In this document: positions 1-13,014 of the stretch, piece by piece | How positions within the stretch are numbered: the stretch's first letter is position 1 | Layout of the letters: each line of letters starts with the position of its first letter | Source: Octopus sinensis | Lineage: Eukaryota | Reading direction: 5' to 3' | Assembly: GCF_006345805.1 (NCBI RefSeq) | Contig: NC_042999.1 | Span: 43,586,001 to 43,650,000, forward strand | DNA length: 64,000 nt | Notes under the pieces: generated by a model | The model's database searches: none | What the model was told of the DNA's origin: nothing | What the model saw: only the letters and a program-made list of their open reading frames with translations | Position numbers and translations under genes: made by a program

Positions 1-344
1 CTATTTTGACTCTTTAAAACAAAAAAAAAAAATATATATATATTTGAAAAAGAGAAAATATTTTAAAAAAAACAAAAAAAACAAATGACAGTGGAAAAGA
101 AGACAGGAGAAAAATACAAACAAACAGTGTTATCAAATGAACAATTTAGAGAAATTTTCCACCATCCTTCAAGAAGATCTGAAGATCAGTGTAAAGGTAC
201 TGAAGATCAGTGTAAAAGTATGAGGGTTACCAGTTAAGATGTTGAACCACTCATTCCCTATTATTTACTGCATGATATTTCAAATTATAAATATTTATAA
301 AAGATCTTTCTTGTGTACAACTCACTCATTTCTGATTGGCAATA

Positions 345-620
345 TATCAACATGATAATGCTCTTGTCAATTCTGCCAAATTAATCAAAACATTTCTCCA
401 AGATCATGAAATTTGGATTTTATTTTGGTCTTAGTAGTCTTAAGATTTGAACTTTATTAAACATTTATGACAGATCATTAAGCTAAAGCTGAACTGAACA
501 ACTTTTAAAAGGAAGGAATTTGCAGCAGATCAGAATGAATGGTATGAATTAGAGACTTGATTATTGGATTAGCTGGCTGACAGTGGGATTAATACAATAA
601 TGAATTTGCAAGATAATCCA
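345..620 (+). mobile_element. Tc1-like transposase relic (C-terminal DDE region, multiple stops)
   Basis: Manual translation from 345 gives YQHDNALVNSAKLIKTFLQDHEIWILFWS**S*DLNFIKHL*QII, which resembles Tc1 QxDNAPxH...WPxxSPDLNPIEHLW. There are 34 residues between the D and the expected E (here K). Confidence 0.55.
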
Positions 621-959
621 TGCTAGAAACATTGATTATGAATAAACTTCAATTTTAATCATAATGATTTCAACAAAAAATATCTTAAAATAAACAATAA
701 TTTTGCAGCAGCTTCATTCTATTGGAAGAAATTAATATATATTGTTGACATCATAAAAATTTTATAAACTTCCATGAATTAATTTTTTTCCCGAAATATC
801 TCAAAGCACACACATAAAACTGCAAATAATAGCATGTTATTTTGGGTTGAAAAATCCCTATTGAATAAAATAAAAAGACAGCCTTCAACTTTTCATATCC
901 AAAGAGTTGTTCCATCCAATGATTACATGTCAACAAATATATGTGTGTGTATGTGTGTG

Positions 960-1001
<42 letters not shown>

Positions 1002-1057
1002 ATGCATGTGTGTGTGTATATATATATATATGTGTGTGTGTGTGTATATATATATAT

Positions 1058-1314
1058 AACAATTGCAGCCTGGAAGGTGTTTATATGCCATTTAAGAAAC
1101 ACACAAAATCTGTTAGATTCATTTCAACATTTAAATTTAATTTGTCAAAATATTTTCATCGCTTTGAGACCGCGACCTGTTCACTGACAAAACTTCGTGC
1201 TACATTAAAGTGACGAAAATATTTTGACAAATTAAATCTAAATATTGAAGTGAATCTAACAGATTTTGTGTGTTTCTTAAATGGCTTATAAACACCTTCC
1301 ATGCAGCAATTGTT
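1058..1314. mobile_element. Foldback/MITE-like element, ~110 bp inverted arms
   Basis: 1058-1167 is the near-perfect reverse complement of 1205-1314 (aacaattgcagcctggaaggtgtttat... / ...ataaacaccttccatgcagcaattgtt), with a ~37 nt spacer. Confidence 0.8.
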
Positions 1315-1371
1315 TTCGTTCCAGCACACGATCTTAGATCAAGTCACTCGCTATGCAAGTACATCTCCGTA

Positions 1372-1465
1372 ATCATCATCATCATTTAACGTCCACTTTC
1401 CATGCTAGCATGGGTTGGACGGTTCAACTGGGGTCTAGGGAGCCCGAAGGCTGCACCAGGCCAGT
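1372..1465 (-). mobile_element. RTE-LINE 3'-tail copy (short)
   Basis: catcatttaacgtccactttccatgctagcatgggttggacgg is the reverse complement of the LINE terminus at ~14335-14380, with an (ATC)n tail. Confidence 0.8.
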
Positions 1466-1478
1466 CATCGGGCTCCCC

Positions 1479-1551
<73 letters not shown>

Positions 1552-1841
1552 CTTTTATTACCCCTTATACTTTCTTCCTCTTTTCTTTTTCTCGCTTCCC
1601 CTCTCTCACATTTCTTGGCCCTCTCTTTCTTTAACTCCTACTTTTCCTGCTCGTTTATCTCCCCTGTACCTTTCCCTTTGTCTCTGACTTTTTTCTCTCT
1701 TTCCCCGTTTGTCCCCTAATCCTTCAATCCTGCTGCCCCCTACCTCTTTCTCCTCCTTCCATGTGATCAGTGTTCGGCTAGCCATGATCTTACTTTCTTG
1801 GCCTGACTGCCAGCCGCCAACATCTCTTATGTCCATCTCCT

Positions 1842-1842
<1 letters not shown>

Positions 1843-1923
<81 letters not shown>
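1843..1923. repeat. (GA)n microsatellite
   Basis: Direct reading. Confidence 0.95.
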
Positions 1924-1928
<5 letters not shown>

Positions 1929-1959
1929 ATGTGTAAATAATCTTTGTTTAATTCTAAAT

Positions 1960-2115
1960 GTTCATTTTTCCATGGTTGCATGAATCAGACAAAATTCCTT
2001 GAGGCAGATTTTGTATCATCAAGCTTTACCTTGTTTCCAAGCAAAGTATTTCCTCTTGTCCTTCAAACCTTCAGACATGGTGACTTTGCAGTCAACACAT
2101 GGTAAGACAAGGAGA
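1960..2115 (-). mobile_element. Degenerate RTE-tailed short repeat (family also at 37649 and 46695)
   Basis: ttccatggttgcatgaatcagac...gaggcagatttt...tttccaagcaaag resembles 37680-37800. Confidence 0.45.
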
Positions 2116-2450
2116 TTCCTCTCACACATACACACATTATGTGGATTATGTGGGTATATGAGTTGGTTCAGTATTTCCTTGAATCTTTATATCATTAGTT
2201 TATCTTTTACTTTTGTTTGAAACTCCTGCTTCTTTATAAAGTATTTTTCTATTGTGAATCTTTTATAACTTGCCTTTTTATTGTTTTCGAAAAAGGGTCT
2301 CCAGTTGTTGATAGGTCTAGTGGTATTGTTATACCGTCTTCCATGGCATATTATCTTGAATTTACTAAATTTATTCTGAATTCTTTGGGTTGATATTCTA
2401 TTCTGGTCTGTTCTTCCATTGTTATTGTAAGTGAAATCATAATCATCGTC

Positions 2451-2727
2451 AGTGCCAGTGACACATAAAAGGCACCAGTGCTGGTGATACGTAAAAGGTA
2501 CCCATGCCAGTGACACATAAAAGGCATCAGTGCTGGTGACATGTAAATGGTACCTGTGCAGGTGACCTGTAAAAGATGCCCACTATATTCTATGGAGTGA
2601 TTGGCATGATGAAAGATATCCAGCTGTAGAAACCAAGCTAAAACAGACTGGAACCTGATGTTGCTCTCTAGCTTACCAGTTCCAGTCAAACTGTCTAACC
2701 CGTGCCAACATGGAAAATGGATGCTAG
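2451..2727 (+). mobile_element. RTE-LINE 3'-tail copy (diverged)
   Basis: Repeated gtgacacataaaaggcacc units followed by atatccagctgtagaaac...aacccgtgccaacatggaaaatggatg and a (GAT)n tail. Confidence 0.75.
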
Positions 2728-2878
2728 ATGATGATGGTGATGATGATGATGATGATGATGATGATGCTAAATGATGATGATGATGATGACGACGACGATG
2801 ATGATGATGATGGTGGTGGTGGTGGTGGTGGTGGTAGTGGTGGTGGTGGTGGTGGTGGTGGTGGTGGTGATGATGATG
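2727..2878. repeat. Compound (GAT)n-(GAC)n-(GGT)n microsatellite grown from a retroposon tail
   Basis: Direct reading; abuts the 3' end of the preceding element. Confidence 0.9.
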
Positions 2879-3130
2879 AAGCACGTTACCAAGTGGTTAG
2901 GGTGTTGTATTCATGATGACGAGATCATGGGTTCAACTCCCAGACAGTGTGGTGCATGGTGTTCATGAACAAAAATAGTTCATCTCACACATCTCTGTGA
3001 CCACTCCGACAGCTGACATGTGGGACATTCGTGCACCTGTACTGGTAATGTTTATTTGATGGAAGAAGGGAGCTAACATGTAGCGAAATCATTTGATCAT
3101 TATAAACAAATCATCTGCACATGTTGCACA
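2878..3130 (+). mobile_element. Old tRNA-headed SINE
   Basis: A-box-like ttaccaagtggttagg and B-box-like gggttcaactcc; the head resembles those at 50166 and 53585-53910. Confidence 0.45.
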
Positions 3131-3569
3131 GCAAAAACTTGCTGAAACATTTTTCTTGGATTGAAAGACTACCATTTACATTACATTTTTTTTTTATTGT
3201 TTGTAAATGTTTCATGGTAATTGAGTTTGTTTTCATGTGAATTATTGAATAAAAATATGGGTATGTAATTGCTCATTCAGTTGCTTTGTATCTGGTTTTT
3301 ATGCTACTCTGGATTACAGGAATTCATATAGCTGAGGTGGGGGTTTTTTTGAGCTAGTTACCCCCTTTGCTGATAACTCTTTCATATTTTGATGATGATG
3401 ACAACGATGATGATAATGATGATGATGATCATCATCATTATTGTCATTGTCCTCACATCATCATCATCATCATCATCATCATATGCATGATGCTTTTTGT
3501 GAATTACTATAAAGAAGGTGAAAATTTCTGCTAAGAGAGCAGATTGTTTGAAGATGCATCGTTCAGTTA

Positions 3570-3720
3570 TCTGAAGCCTATGTATTCACACACATACAAA
3601 TATATTATCATAGGTGCACTGGGCTATGTAACAACGGATTTGCAGGAAAGCCTAGAAATGCTTCAGTTCTGCAAGAAAGAACAAAGCAGATTCCTGAATA
3701 ATAGCTTCATATTTTGGAAC
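3570..3720 (+). mobile_element. REL-endonuclease non-LTR element C-terminal relic
   Basis: The ORF contains YKYIIIGALGYVTTDLQESLEML, resembling the IPIIIGALGxV terminal motif of R4/NeSL-type elements. Confidence 0.4.
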
Positions 3721-4049
3721 AAAAGTAAGACAGAACTTACAAGATACCTTAAATTAATAAACAACATTCATGAAATGATAGAATTCGCAATGGAAATGAA
3801 TGAAAGGCAGTTCCATTTTTGAACATTTTGGTAAAGAAAGGAAATGGAACTATTGCAACCAATTTCTTCTGCAAGGTCATGGCTACACATCAATACTTAG
3901 ATTTTAGATCTTGCCATCCCTTATATTTAAAAATATCCTGTTTAATATCACAAAACATATATGTTTGATAGCTACAGATACAAGTAGTTGACAAAGATAA
4001 CTGGGAGAACTAAAAATATTCCTTCAGAAACAAAAATGTTTGAAAAACA

Positions 4050-4485
4050 GGCATAGGAGTGGCTGCGTGGTAAGTATCTTGCTTATGAACAACATGGTTC
4101 CGGGTTCAGTCCCACTGCATGGCACCTTGGGCAAGTGTCTTCTACTATAGCCTCGGGCTGACCAAAGCCTTGTGAGTGGATTTGGTAGATGGAAACTGAA
4201 AGAAGCTTTTGTATATATGTGTGTGTGTGTGTGTGGTGTGTGTGTGTGTGTGTGTGCGTGTGTGTATAATATATATGTATATGTGCGTGTGTATGTGTTT
4301 GTCCCCCCAATGTTGCTTGACAACCAATGCTGGTGTGTTTACGTCTCCGTAACTTAGCAGTTCGGCAAAAGAGACCAATAGAATAAGTACTAGGCTTACA
4401 AAGAATAAGTCCTGGAGTCGATTTGCTCGACTAAAGGCAGTGCTCCAGCATGGCCACAGTCAAATGACTGAAACAAGTAAAAGAG
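4050..4485 (+). mobile_element. SINE family A (tRNA head + internal microsatellite + tail), full copy
   Basis: Head ggagtggctgcgtggtaag...ggttcagtccc (A/B boxes), internal (TG/TA)n, tail ending gactgaaacaagtaaaagag; many copies in the window. Confidence 0.9.
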
Positions 4486-6114
4486 ATTGAGTGGAAGACA
4501 AAAGTAGAAATATTTCATTTGTAGTCACTCATAATTCCAGAAGCCACACTAGCTTCCATTCAGTCAAATTATACCCTTCAATTCTACACCAATCATCAAA
4601 TCTTAAAAAAATAACTAGAGTCATTAACAGCCAAAGCCAACGGGCAAATCTTAAAAGAGTCTTAACAAAGATAAAATTCACATGAGAAGAAGAAATAATG
4701 CAGGTAACAAAATGTGGAGATCTGTGTTCTGTTGATATATAAATTAATTGAACAAGGCAAAACCAAAAAATTCAAGAACGGGAAGGAATTGAAGTTTAAT
4801 GAAAATATGATTTGCATTACAAACAATCTCATTTATTGCATCACATGCTCACAATGCAATGAGAATTATATCAACCAAACCAAATCAAAATGAATAGATC
4901 AGGTTAGGGTACATAAGCAACAAATCAAAAATTCATCAGTTACATATACTCCATGTAGTGAACCTCTAGATGTTTGTACAAAAGAAAAATTTAAAATATT
5001 CTTTTTTTTTTCAAAATAAATCAAGAAAGTGATCAACTACAAAAGGCAAAAGAAGAATACTTTATAAGAATTGTAAATCCAAAACTAAACCACAAATAGT
5101 TAACATTACTCCTAAAAATAACTACCTCTATTTGGACTATCTTATAACAAATGTGTCTGAAAAGCTGAAAAACAGGAAAAAGCTTTTGACACATGAAAAC
5201 TTGCTTCCATAAGGCATTGGTTGATCTGGGTTTTTTTTTAAACTGTTTCACAAAACCCTTATTTTTACCAATTCACATGACATCACCCTTAGTGCTATGA
5301 TATAAACTTCCTATCTTAAAGTGAACTAAATCAAAACTTACCATCCAAATTTCATGTTGATTTATATTTAAAACACCAATTTAATAATGACAGTTATTTT
5401 ACTATATTCTTCATTATTTTCGAAATTATTTGGAACAAAGGCAGTGTATTTCAACAAAAATATGGTCATTAATTTAAGAAAATCTTTCTCCAAGATTTGT
5501 GACTACATCAAGAATTTTTTCTAAAAAACTTACACACACACATACACGTGTGTGTGTGTGTGTGTGTGTGTATACCCACCCACATCAGCGAAACTGAGTT
5601 CTAGAAGTGATGTGTCCTACCCACACTTAACAAGGAAACTTCTCACATACTCTACCACAATGAACCAAACTACATCTCTACATCCCTTCTCTTCCTCACA
5701 TTTCCCCTTCATGTACTATGATTACCTCCCACTCTCCAATCTTGTTCTCTTGGCCCAGTGCTACTGTATCATTGCTCACTAATTGTCCCTGACCTGTGCG
5801 TTTTAGCCACTTGCCTTATCTCACTCTATTATTGCCATCTGCTAGCCCCCAACCTGGGTGTTCCAGGCCACACATAACAATAAAACTTTTCACTCACCCT
5901 ACCCCAACAGACCAATCTACATCTCCACATCTCTTCTTCACATTTCCTCCTTCATTCACCATGCCTAGCTCTCACTCCCCAATCCCGGCTTCAAACTCCT
6001 GTTCCTCTGTATCATTGCTATCCGGTAGCCCCTCCAACTCTATATATACCCAGGTCTTTTTGCCATTTACTTTAATCACACTCCCTTTGCAATATCCTGT
6101 CACTTATATTATGG

Positions 6115-6622
6115 CATTTGAATCTCAAGTACCTGGAGGAGGTAGTGCTGCCCTGGGTCAACAGGGTGGCTGCTGGGAGACCCTATGTCTGGCAACAGGA
6201 CTCTGCACTATGCCACACAAGCAGGAGAACCCAGTCATGTCTGTCAGACAGTTTATGTGATCACATCATCCCTAACATCTGGCCACTTGACTCCCCAGAC
6301 TGCAACTCCCTTGATTATTATGTGTGTGGGGCACAGTTGAGCGAGGGACCAATAAAACTCCTTATAACACTAAAGATGAACTGAAGGCAAGGATTATGGC
6401 AGCATTCATCAACTTAAATAAGGAGACTGTCCAGAAGAATTGCAGGAGATTCCAAAGTTGTCTGGAGGCCATGGTTGAAGCCAATGGTGATTTTATTAAA
6501 TTTATTCTTAAGTATTTCAAAATATTTTAATGTAATTTTGGTTAATATATCTGTTAAAATGAGATCTCAGTGTTATTTTCACTTTTGCATAATCTAGACA
6601 ACAGTTTATTCACCATAGCCTG
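6115..6622 (+). mobile_element. maT/DD37D transposase 3' half with right TIR
   Basis: WQQDSALCHTS...WPLDSPDCNSLDYY has 37 residues between the two Asp. It continues NTKDELKARIM...VEANGDFIK and ends ...ttcaccatagcctg followed by TA. Confidence 0.85.
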
Positions 6623-6653
<31 letters not shown>

Positions 6654-6864
6654 AATGGAGTTTAACGCAAGTATAATTCAAATACTTTTACTTCCAACAC
6701 ATGTTTCGATGATATCACTGGTATTATTCCACGTAAACCTGAAGTTTCTACCTTTAAAAACAAGGTGTTACAACCTTTTTACTTGTGTGGTTTTTTGCTA
6801 CCCTGGTAACTATTTATTTACTTTTTTCTGTGTTAATTGTTAACAAGGGAAAAGTACACTCATC

Positions 6865-6914
<50 letters not shown>

Positions 6915-7051
6915 AATACATACCCACTTTATATGTCTCAAAGTCAAGTCACCTTTTGCAAGACATCATTCTCAGTCAATGTATATAGCAGCAGTAATAT
7001 ATGACAATATATATCGCATAAAATCCAAGTGTTAAAATTATTTTAAAACAG

Positions 7052-7102
7052 AGATGGATACAGGCAATGTGCTTTAGATGCAAAGGAAATACACATGCAT
7101 TG
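7052..7102 (+). CDS. Candidate 51-nt exon (unverified)
   Basis: ttttaaaacag| acceptor and |gtaact donor; two frames are open (DGYRQCALDAKEIHMH or RWIQAMCFRCKGNTHAL). Could be chance. Confidence 0.15.
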
Positions 7103-7439
7103 GTAACTGGTACACTGCATTAAAATCACTTGAGTTTTTATCCTAGTATTAACTAACTAGCAATAAAAAATTTGCAACACTGCTACAGAAAAAATGCAGA
7201 ATTCTTGTATACTGAATTACAATAGTTTGAAAGTATCTAGTGTAAGGTTTATCTATTTACCATGAAGCCCATCATACTGCAAGCTATAAGTAATTCATTG
7301 CTAACAATGATAGAAATCTAACATAATTTCATTAAGAGATATTCTGCCAACTATTTACATTAGACTTTGTTACTTTGTTATCATTGAACAATTAATGGCT
7401 TTTCAACCACTAACACAATATCATCTGAATAGCCTGCAT

Positions 7440-7980
<541 letters not shown>

Positions 7981-7994
7981 TAAACATACCTAGC

Positions 7995-8137
7995 ACACAC
8001 TGTAAATTGGAAGGCATTAGGAAGGGTATCCAGCCATAGGAACCAAGCCAAATCAGACTGGAACTTTGTGCAGCTCTCCAGCCTGCCAGCTTTGATCAAA
8101 CCGTCCAACCCATAACAGCATGGAAAATAGACATTAA

Positions 8138-8187
<50 letters not shown>
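7995..8187 (+). mobile_element. RTE-LINE 3'-tail copy
   Basis: ttaggaagggtatccagcc...ccgtccaacccataacagcatggaaaa followed by (GAT)n. Confidence 0.75.
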
Positions 8188-8339
8188 AATGGTAAAAGAT
8201 TTTGTAAGTACTATAATCTTTTTGAAGACAAACTAAAATCTGATATTAGAAACTTCAGAAGCTTTACAAATATGTTCATATTTTCTGATTAGACAAATAA
8301 CCTGTATGAAGTCAATGATATATATACACATATTTGTAC

Positions 8340-8550
8340 GTATATGTATGTATGTATGTATGAATGTGTATGTATGTATGTATGTATGTATGTATGTATG
8401 TATGTATGTATGTATGTATGTATGTATGTATGTATGTATGTATGTATGTATGTATGTATGTATGTATGTATGTATGTATGTATGTATGTATGCATGCATG
8501 CATGCATGCATGTATGTATGAATATATGTATGTATGTATGTATGTATGTG
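8340..8550. repeat. (TATG)n microsatellite
   Basis: Direct reading. Confidence 0.95.
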
Positions 8551-8693
8551 TCTGTGTGTATGTGTGCATCCTAACTATGGAACTCTGCTATGACCAAGAA
8601 TTAACAAAGAGCATAAATATATACCTATATACATATATAACATGCATATGTACATGCATGCATATGTACATACATGCATACACAACACACATA

Positions 8694-8725
<32 letters not shown>

Positions 8726-9874
8726 TCATATATACACAGACTGACATACCTATGTAGACAAATAATCTCTGTGATAACTGCAATTCTTTCAGTAACTCTA
8801 AATGTACCTTTTAGGTATTCTTTTTTAATGGACAACAAATTAACTGAAAAAATAATAATATAATTATTCTTTTATAATCTGACAAGAATTCAGGCGATGT
8901 TTTTTTGAATGGTAATATAAAGTGACAATAGATTAATTGAAATGAAATAAGAGAAGAATTTCTGGAGGTGAAATCCATCTGTTGTTCTAACCAGAATCAA
9001 ATTATTGAAATGTTGCTCACACACAATAATGTATGCCTTGGTGTGTATTTATTCTTCTGTTTCAGTTAATTGTACTTATACTATTATGTGTGGGTGTGTG
9101 TCTATGAATCTCAGATGGTGCTTGTCAAGACCCGTTAAAGAGTGACCATTGGTTTTGCACCTATAAAGCACTTAGCTGTACAGGTGGCTTGCCAGACTTG
9201 TTGGTTGGAGGTACATAACCTCTCTACAACTGTAGGTAGAAATACGCCACAGTCAGATAATTTTGTAAATAAAAAATTCCAGAATGAAATTCTGCTGGCA
9301 ATAAATTTGGGTGAGGTGAAATTATCCCCCTTTGGTCAGTTTCAGTTATATCCAAAACAGGGGTCAGCTTATTGTGATTACTTTTCCCTAATCAGCAACT
9401 AGGGACTTCCATGTTTTCAACATGAATTTCCTCTGATTAGGGCACTGACTAAACATCTTTTTTTTTTAGTTTAAGAAGGTCTCTGGATCAAGTGAGTTTT
9501 TCAGGATTCTTGCTCTTTTAGCTAAGTAAAGTTTACATCATTTGCTCCCATTCAGTATGTTCTAGGAGCCTCCATTTCATTATATATTATGTACCCTCCT
9601 CTTATACATGCCATGTGTAACTGGCCAGGGATGTGATGTTGCACCTCTCTGGTATCCTGATGGAGGCCTGTGATTGTTCATACGATGCTTGAATGGATCC
9701 TCTACAGATTCATATATTTCTGTGTCTGTGCTCTTGTACTAGTGGTGTTACAGCTGCGATTTTTGCTGTTGTTACCACTGTTGTTACTATTGTGTGTATG
9801 TATGTATGTTGTATGTATGTATGTATGTATGTATGCATGTATGTATGAATGTATGTATGTATGCATGTATATAT

Positions 9875-9946
<72 letters not shown>

Positions 9947-10006
9947 GTGTGTGTGTGTGTGTGAAAAGCTGAATTGAACATGCTTTCTTCTGTATCACTT
10001 CAATAG

Positions 10007-10101
10007 TTTCAACACCAGCTGTTCATTGCTGAACGTTACATATGATGTAAACAACAGTGTGTTAATATCAATCAGCAATAGAGGCATATGCATGTCTTCA
10101 G
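10007..10101 (+). CDS. Candidate 95-nt internal exon (unverified)
   Basis: tttcttctgtatcacttcaatag| acceptor and a consensus cag|gtgagt donor. A single frame is open: FNTSCSLLNVTYDVNNSVLISISNRGICMSS (three N-x-S/T sequons). Confidence 0.3.
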
Positions 10102-10440
10102 GTGAGTAGAATAAAAATCTCTGTTATATAATATTTTGATTTTCCACATTGTGTACCTAAACCAAAATACTATTTTTAATATTGTATAAACAAAACTACG
10201 AATGTCTAAAAGACAAATAATAACAAAGTAAAGGAAACAGAGAACAAGGAACAGGATACTCATTCAGCCTTAAGGCATATTTGGTAGCTGTTATCCACAT
10301 CGGTGCTTTGGAAAGCACCCTATAAGGTTTTATTTTACTCAGATTTTATTAATATACAAATGTATATATAGATCTATCAGCCTCTCTCTCTCTCTCTCTA
10401 TGTATATATATATATATATATATATTGGAGAAATCATACA

Positions 10441-10498
10441 AAATACTTACAAGCACCCATGGAAAAAAGCTTTTTTCCATGGGCGCTTGTAAGTATTT
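10441..10498. repeat. 58-bp near-perfect palindrome
   Basis: aaatacttacaagcacccatggaaaaaagcttttttccatgggcgcttgtaagtattt has one mismatch and no loop. Confidence 0.95.
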
Positions 10499-10689
10499 CA
10501 TTTATTTCTTATCGTATTCTCTACTGAAGAGGGAAAAAATCTGTGGGATTAATCCCGAGACTTTCTCAAGATCAGCAAATGCAGGCTGCAGTATGTCAAA
10601 TGAAGTCTCAAGTCAAGCGAGATGACACTTTCTCCAGATCAGTAAATGTATGCTGTAGCACATCAGATGGAGTCACAATACAGAAGAGA

Positions 10690-11040
10690 GATCAGACTTT
10701 TCCAAAATTTCCAAATGAAATTAATGGCATGTGCTGCTCAGGCAGTAAGATAAAATTGTCAGCATCACTAGCTCCTCCTTAACCTTTTATAGATCTTCTG
10801 GAAGGCATAGGATTTCCTGAACAATATCAGACAATACAACTCTGCATTAAAATGACATCGTTTGGTGCATCTAAGGAGATAGTTGAACATGGATTTACAC
10901 CAACATTCAAAGTTCAAGGGCAAGTCTATCACCTCATTGCTTCCCTGTTACCCACAAATGTACAATTACAGTTCCTCCAAATTTACTTCGTGAGTGATGT
11001 AGGACAACAAATCCGAAGGAGGTGTCAAAACTTCAGAAGA
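10690..11040 (+). mobile_element. Helitron Rep/helicase N-terminal relic
   Basis: EINGMCCSGSKIKL...PP then MTSFGASKEIVEHGFTPTFKVQGQVYHLIASLLP...FLQIYF matches the conserved Helitron CCxxGK / F(K/R)IQGQVYHxIGSLLP / FxQLY motifs. Confidence 0.8.
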
Positions 11041-11043
11041 TGG

Positions 11044-11118
11044 GTCATGTTACATGTAGTCATGTTACATGTAGTCATGTTACATGTAGTCATGTTACAT
11101 GTAGTCATGTTACATGTA
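11044..11118. repeat. 15-bp minisatellite x5 (gtcatgttacatgta)
   Basis: Five perfect units at 11044, 11059, 11074, 11089 and 11104. Confidence 0.95.
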
Positions 11119-11410
11119 GGACCTGGATACTCCAAAGAGAGGCATGACATGTTGCTTGGTCAAATTAGCCCATCATTTACTCCACAAATGTCAGGCCTCT
11201 CTTTGGAGTATTCCAGGTCCTAACCTATCATGGAAATTGTGGGTGGTGGGTATGTGATTTTTTAACACACTGAAAAGCTGTCAGTGGATATACTCTCCTT
11301 TGTGGCAGTCAGCATTGCATCTAACATGACCCATCATCTGAAATTTTGACACCTCCTTCATATTTGTTGTCCTACATCACTCACAAAGTAATTATGTGTG
11401 TATGCTTCTG

Positions 11411-11612
11411 TGTCTGAGTTTGTTCCACCCACCATCGCTTGACAACCAATGCTGGTGTGTTTATGCCGCTGTAACTTAGCAGTTTGGCAAAAGAGCCTGA
11501 TAGAATAAATATTAGGCCTACAAAGAATAAGTCCTGGGCTCGAGTTGTTTGACTAAAAGCAGTGTTCCAGCATGGCTGTAGTCAAATGACTGAAACAAAT
11601 AAAAGAATAAAA
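11411..11612 (+). mobile_element. SINE family A tail half
   Basis: accatcgcttgacaaccaatgctgg...gactgaaacaaataaaagaa. Confidence 0.85.
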
Positions 11613-11658
11613 GAAGAAGAATATATATATGTATATATATATGTATAATATATGTATA

Positions 11659-11737
<79 letters not shown>

Positions 11738-13014
11738 ACGTGGTGGTGGAACAATATTGTAGACAGGGCTATTAGAGAAAAGAGACAGGCTTGGAAGGTC
11801 TGGAAAAATGGGGGTAGCAGGGAATTGTATCAGACTGCCAAAAGAGAAGCTAGGAGACAGGTTTATTTAGCCAGAGGGGAAGCAGATAAGAAAAAATTTG
11901 CCAATGTTCTGCGCCGTGAGGACCAAAGACTGGAGGTGTTTCGTGTTGCAAGACAGTGTTTGAGAGAGAATCGTGATGTGGTAGGAGAGAAGTGTGTTCG
12001 CATGGAAGATGGTTCACTTGCGCTAAATGAGGATGCGAAGAGAGAGGTTTGGAGATGCCACTATGAAAGGTTGCTGAATGAAGAAAATGAATGGGATAAA
12101 GAGAGTCTGCCGAATGTTGACCCAACAGAGGGACCAGCTATCCGAGTTGATAGTTCTGTGGTAGCTAAGGCAATTAGAAGCATGAAGACAGGGAAAGCCC
12201 CAGGCCCATCAGGAATCACTGCAGAGATGCTCAAAATGTCTGGTAGTGTCGGCTATAGCCTAGTCACCCATATAGTTAATCAGGTGATACACAAAGGGGT
12301 CATACCCAATGACTGGTGTAGCAGTATAATAGTCAACTGCTACAAAGGTAAAGGTGATGCTCTAGATACAAATAACTACAGAGGTATCAAGCTGTTGGAC
12401 CAGGTGATGAAGGTTACGGAGAGGGTCATAGCCCAACTAATTAGAGAGAGAGTTAGTTTAGATGAGATGCAGTTTGGGTTTGTGCCAGGGAAAAGTACTA
12501 CTGATGCTATATTCCTGGTAAGGCAGCTGCAGGAGAAATACCTAGCCAAAGATAAGCCCCTGTACCTGGCTTTTGTTGACATGGAGAAAGCCTTCGACAG
12601 GGTCCCCCGATCCCTTATCTGGTGGGCAATGAGAAAACTAGGGATAGATGAATGGTTAGTGAGAGCTGTGCGGGCCATGTATAGGGACGCCGCTAGTAGG
12701 GTGAGGGTTGGAAATTAGTACAGTGAAGAATTCCGGGTAGAGGTAGGGGTCCACCAGGCTCAGTACTCAGCCCCCTCCTATTTATCATAGTCCTCCAGGC
12801 AATAACGGAGGAATTCAAGACAGGATGCCCTTGGGAGCTCCTCTATGCTGATGACCTTGCTCTAATTGCTGAGTCGCTATCAGAACTGGAGGAGAAGTTT
12901 CAGGTGTGGAAACAAGGATTAGAATCGAAGGGCCTCAGAGTCAATCTAGCTAAAACCAAAGTCGTAATCAGTAGGAAGGTAGACAAATCACAAACACCTT
13001 CAGGTAGATGGCCC

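Noticed and set aside
179-220. 21-bp tandem duplication ctgaagatcagtgtaaa(g/a)gta x2
   Set aside because: Real but an ordinary slippage duplication with no further structure.
10524-10565. CTGAAGA-ggga...tccc-GAGAC hammerhead look-alike
   Set aside because: GAGA instead of GAAA, no stem I or III, and gggattaatccc is explained as a local palindrome.
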